From Mobula birostris (lineage: Eukaryota), in assembly GCF_030028105.1 (NCBI RefSeq), contig NC_092383.1:97301604-97365603 (forward strand): a DNA stretch of 64,000 bases. Reading direction: 5' to 3'. A model generated the notes under the pieces. That model searched no databases. It was not told the DNA's origin and saw only the letters and a list, made by a program, of their open reading frames with translations. This document shows positions 62,630-64,000 of this stretch, in pieces (the first letter of the stretch is position 1; each line of letters opens with the position of its first letter). The translations under genes and the position numbers were made by a program.

Positions 62630-62974
62630 GTGAGTGTCAGAGGGAGCAATTGGAATTTAGAGAGGCTGCCCAGACTGTTCAATAAGATAGTGCTGATGGA
62701 GTTTTACTTTGTGTCTAATCTGCGCCCTTTTACAAAAAAAAGTTTACATACATTCACTGACTTTCATGAGAATGTTCTCATTTTAAAACATAGACATCCC
62801 TGTCCAGGACACATTCCAGTCCCGGAATATCCACTGATCGAAGAAGACATGGTATGCTTCCTTCCCCAGGGACACCTGAGCATGGACATTTCCTCAGAAG
62901 AGGCACAGGCATTTGGTTCAGTCAGGAACCTCGATAGCTCTTTGTCAGGAACTAGGAATTCCAGGCTGAGGTAG

Positions 62975-63090
62975 ACAGACAACAAATTTTCCTCCTCACT
63001 GGGTTGACTCTTGCTGTCCTGTGCTGGCTCTTGGTCTGGGGAAGGTTTCTTCACCCCAGTCATCTGGGAGCTGTCCACACAAGACTGTAA
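62975..63090 (+). CDS. Candidate transmembrane/anchor exon of gene B
   Basis: DRQQIFLLTGLTLAVLCWLLVWGRFLHPSHLGAVHTRL*: 18 hydrophobic residues followed by R. The only phase-1 acceptor in this frame (GTAG|, 62975) has a poor pyrimidine tract. Confidence 0.45.
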
Positions 63091-63287
63091 TCAACCTTTC
63101 TTCCCACACAGCCTTGGGAGATGTGGGCCATTCACCTGGGGGTGTGGAGGAAGTTCACTGGGGTTAAACAAAATCAGTGCATTTATAACCCCACCCCACG
63201 GATTTGTCATCCTCTCCAAACACCCTCAACATTGCTCTGCCAGACTGACATTATATAACAGAAGGAAAGCTTTTCCTTTTGTGCAAG

Positions 63288-63293
63288 AATAAA
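63288..63293 (+). terminator. Candidate polyadenylation signal for gene B
   Basis: AATAAA about 200 nt after the stop at 63090. Confidence 0.3.
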
Positions 63294-64000
63294 CTGTTCT
63301 CTGTGTGCTCACTCCCTCCACTGAGGCTGATGACAGTCTGGGCCCTCCCCACCTCCCCCTCTTTTCCATTGTCCCACACACTGACTGGCGATTTCCAATT
63401 GTAAATTCAGCTGAGTATTTCTTTATAAATATGATTTTCATATTAACATACACACTCGCATTGCAATATGTACATAATTGAAGTTAACACATTGCCCTCT
63501 AGAGAGCCCATGTGCTCCTTCTCCTGGGACATGCAGGTATGGACACAACTCCAGAAGAAGGGCATTTGGCTCAGGGAAAACCCTCAAGTGGCCACCATTT
63601 GGATCCGAAAATGGTCACCTTGGCCAGGCCCAAGAGCAGACCGATCTGGAGAATTCCCAAGAGACTCACCTGCCTTTGCATTGAGTGACCAAAGGTCACA
63701 AGGGTAGGGCTGAGGTGCAGCAGACCTTGAGGTACAGTGCCTTCACATGGTTCAGTAGTCCTACAGCCTCTCACACTCCATATATACATGATACACTCTC
63801 TCCTCAAGGCTGCAGAAATGAGAGGTGGCTAGGGAGCCCATTAATTGACTTGGGAACCTGTCACACAACATTCTCTTCTCCAGGCCCCAGTGGAAAGGGG
63901 GAGGACTCCCACATAAACACCTCCACTCCATACACCAGAACGGACTGGCACAACGTGTCCAGTGTGAAAAACTGAAGAGTTTGCAGGAGCAGCCTGCAAA

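Overview
Eukaryotic (vertebrate) genomic DNA. The repeat content suggests a cartilaginous fish (inference from CR1 tails and HE1/V-SINE-like sequence; not verified). Most of the window is decayed or nested retroelements: CR1, Rex1/Babar-like and Tx1/L1-like LINEs, Penelope-like elements with hammerhead ribozymes, tRNA- and RTE-type SINEs, and LTR-like pieces. There is an 861-nt assembly gap. Among the repeats are hand-spliced exons of two divergently oriented CD2/SLAM-family immunoglobulin-superfamily genes. Gene A (minus strand) has a leader exon at 17395-17461, then two tandem cysteine-less-type V-set exons (12586-12906 and 10371-10673) with no recognisable C2 exon between or after them in the window. 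Gene B (plus strand) has leader candidates at 31609-31663 and 31943-31998, a V exon at 57492-57812, a four-cysteine C2 exon at 62363-62629, and a hydrophobic segment near 62986-63039 that is out of frame with the best splice acceptors. Most interesting: the phase-compatible tandem V exons, the possible soluble-versus-membrane ending of gene B, and two TSD-bounded inverted Penelope insertions carrying hammerhead ribozyme motifs. Nothing here was checked by alignment software; repeat boundaries are approximate.
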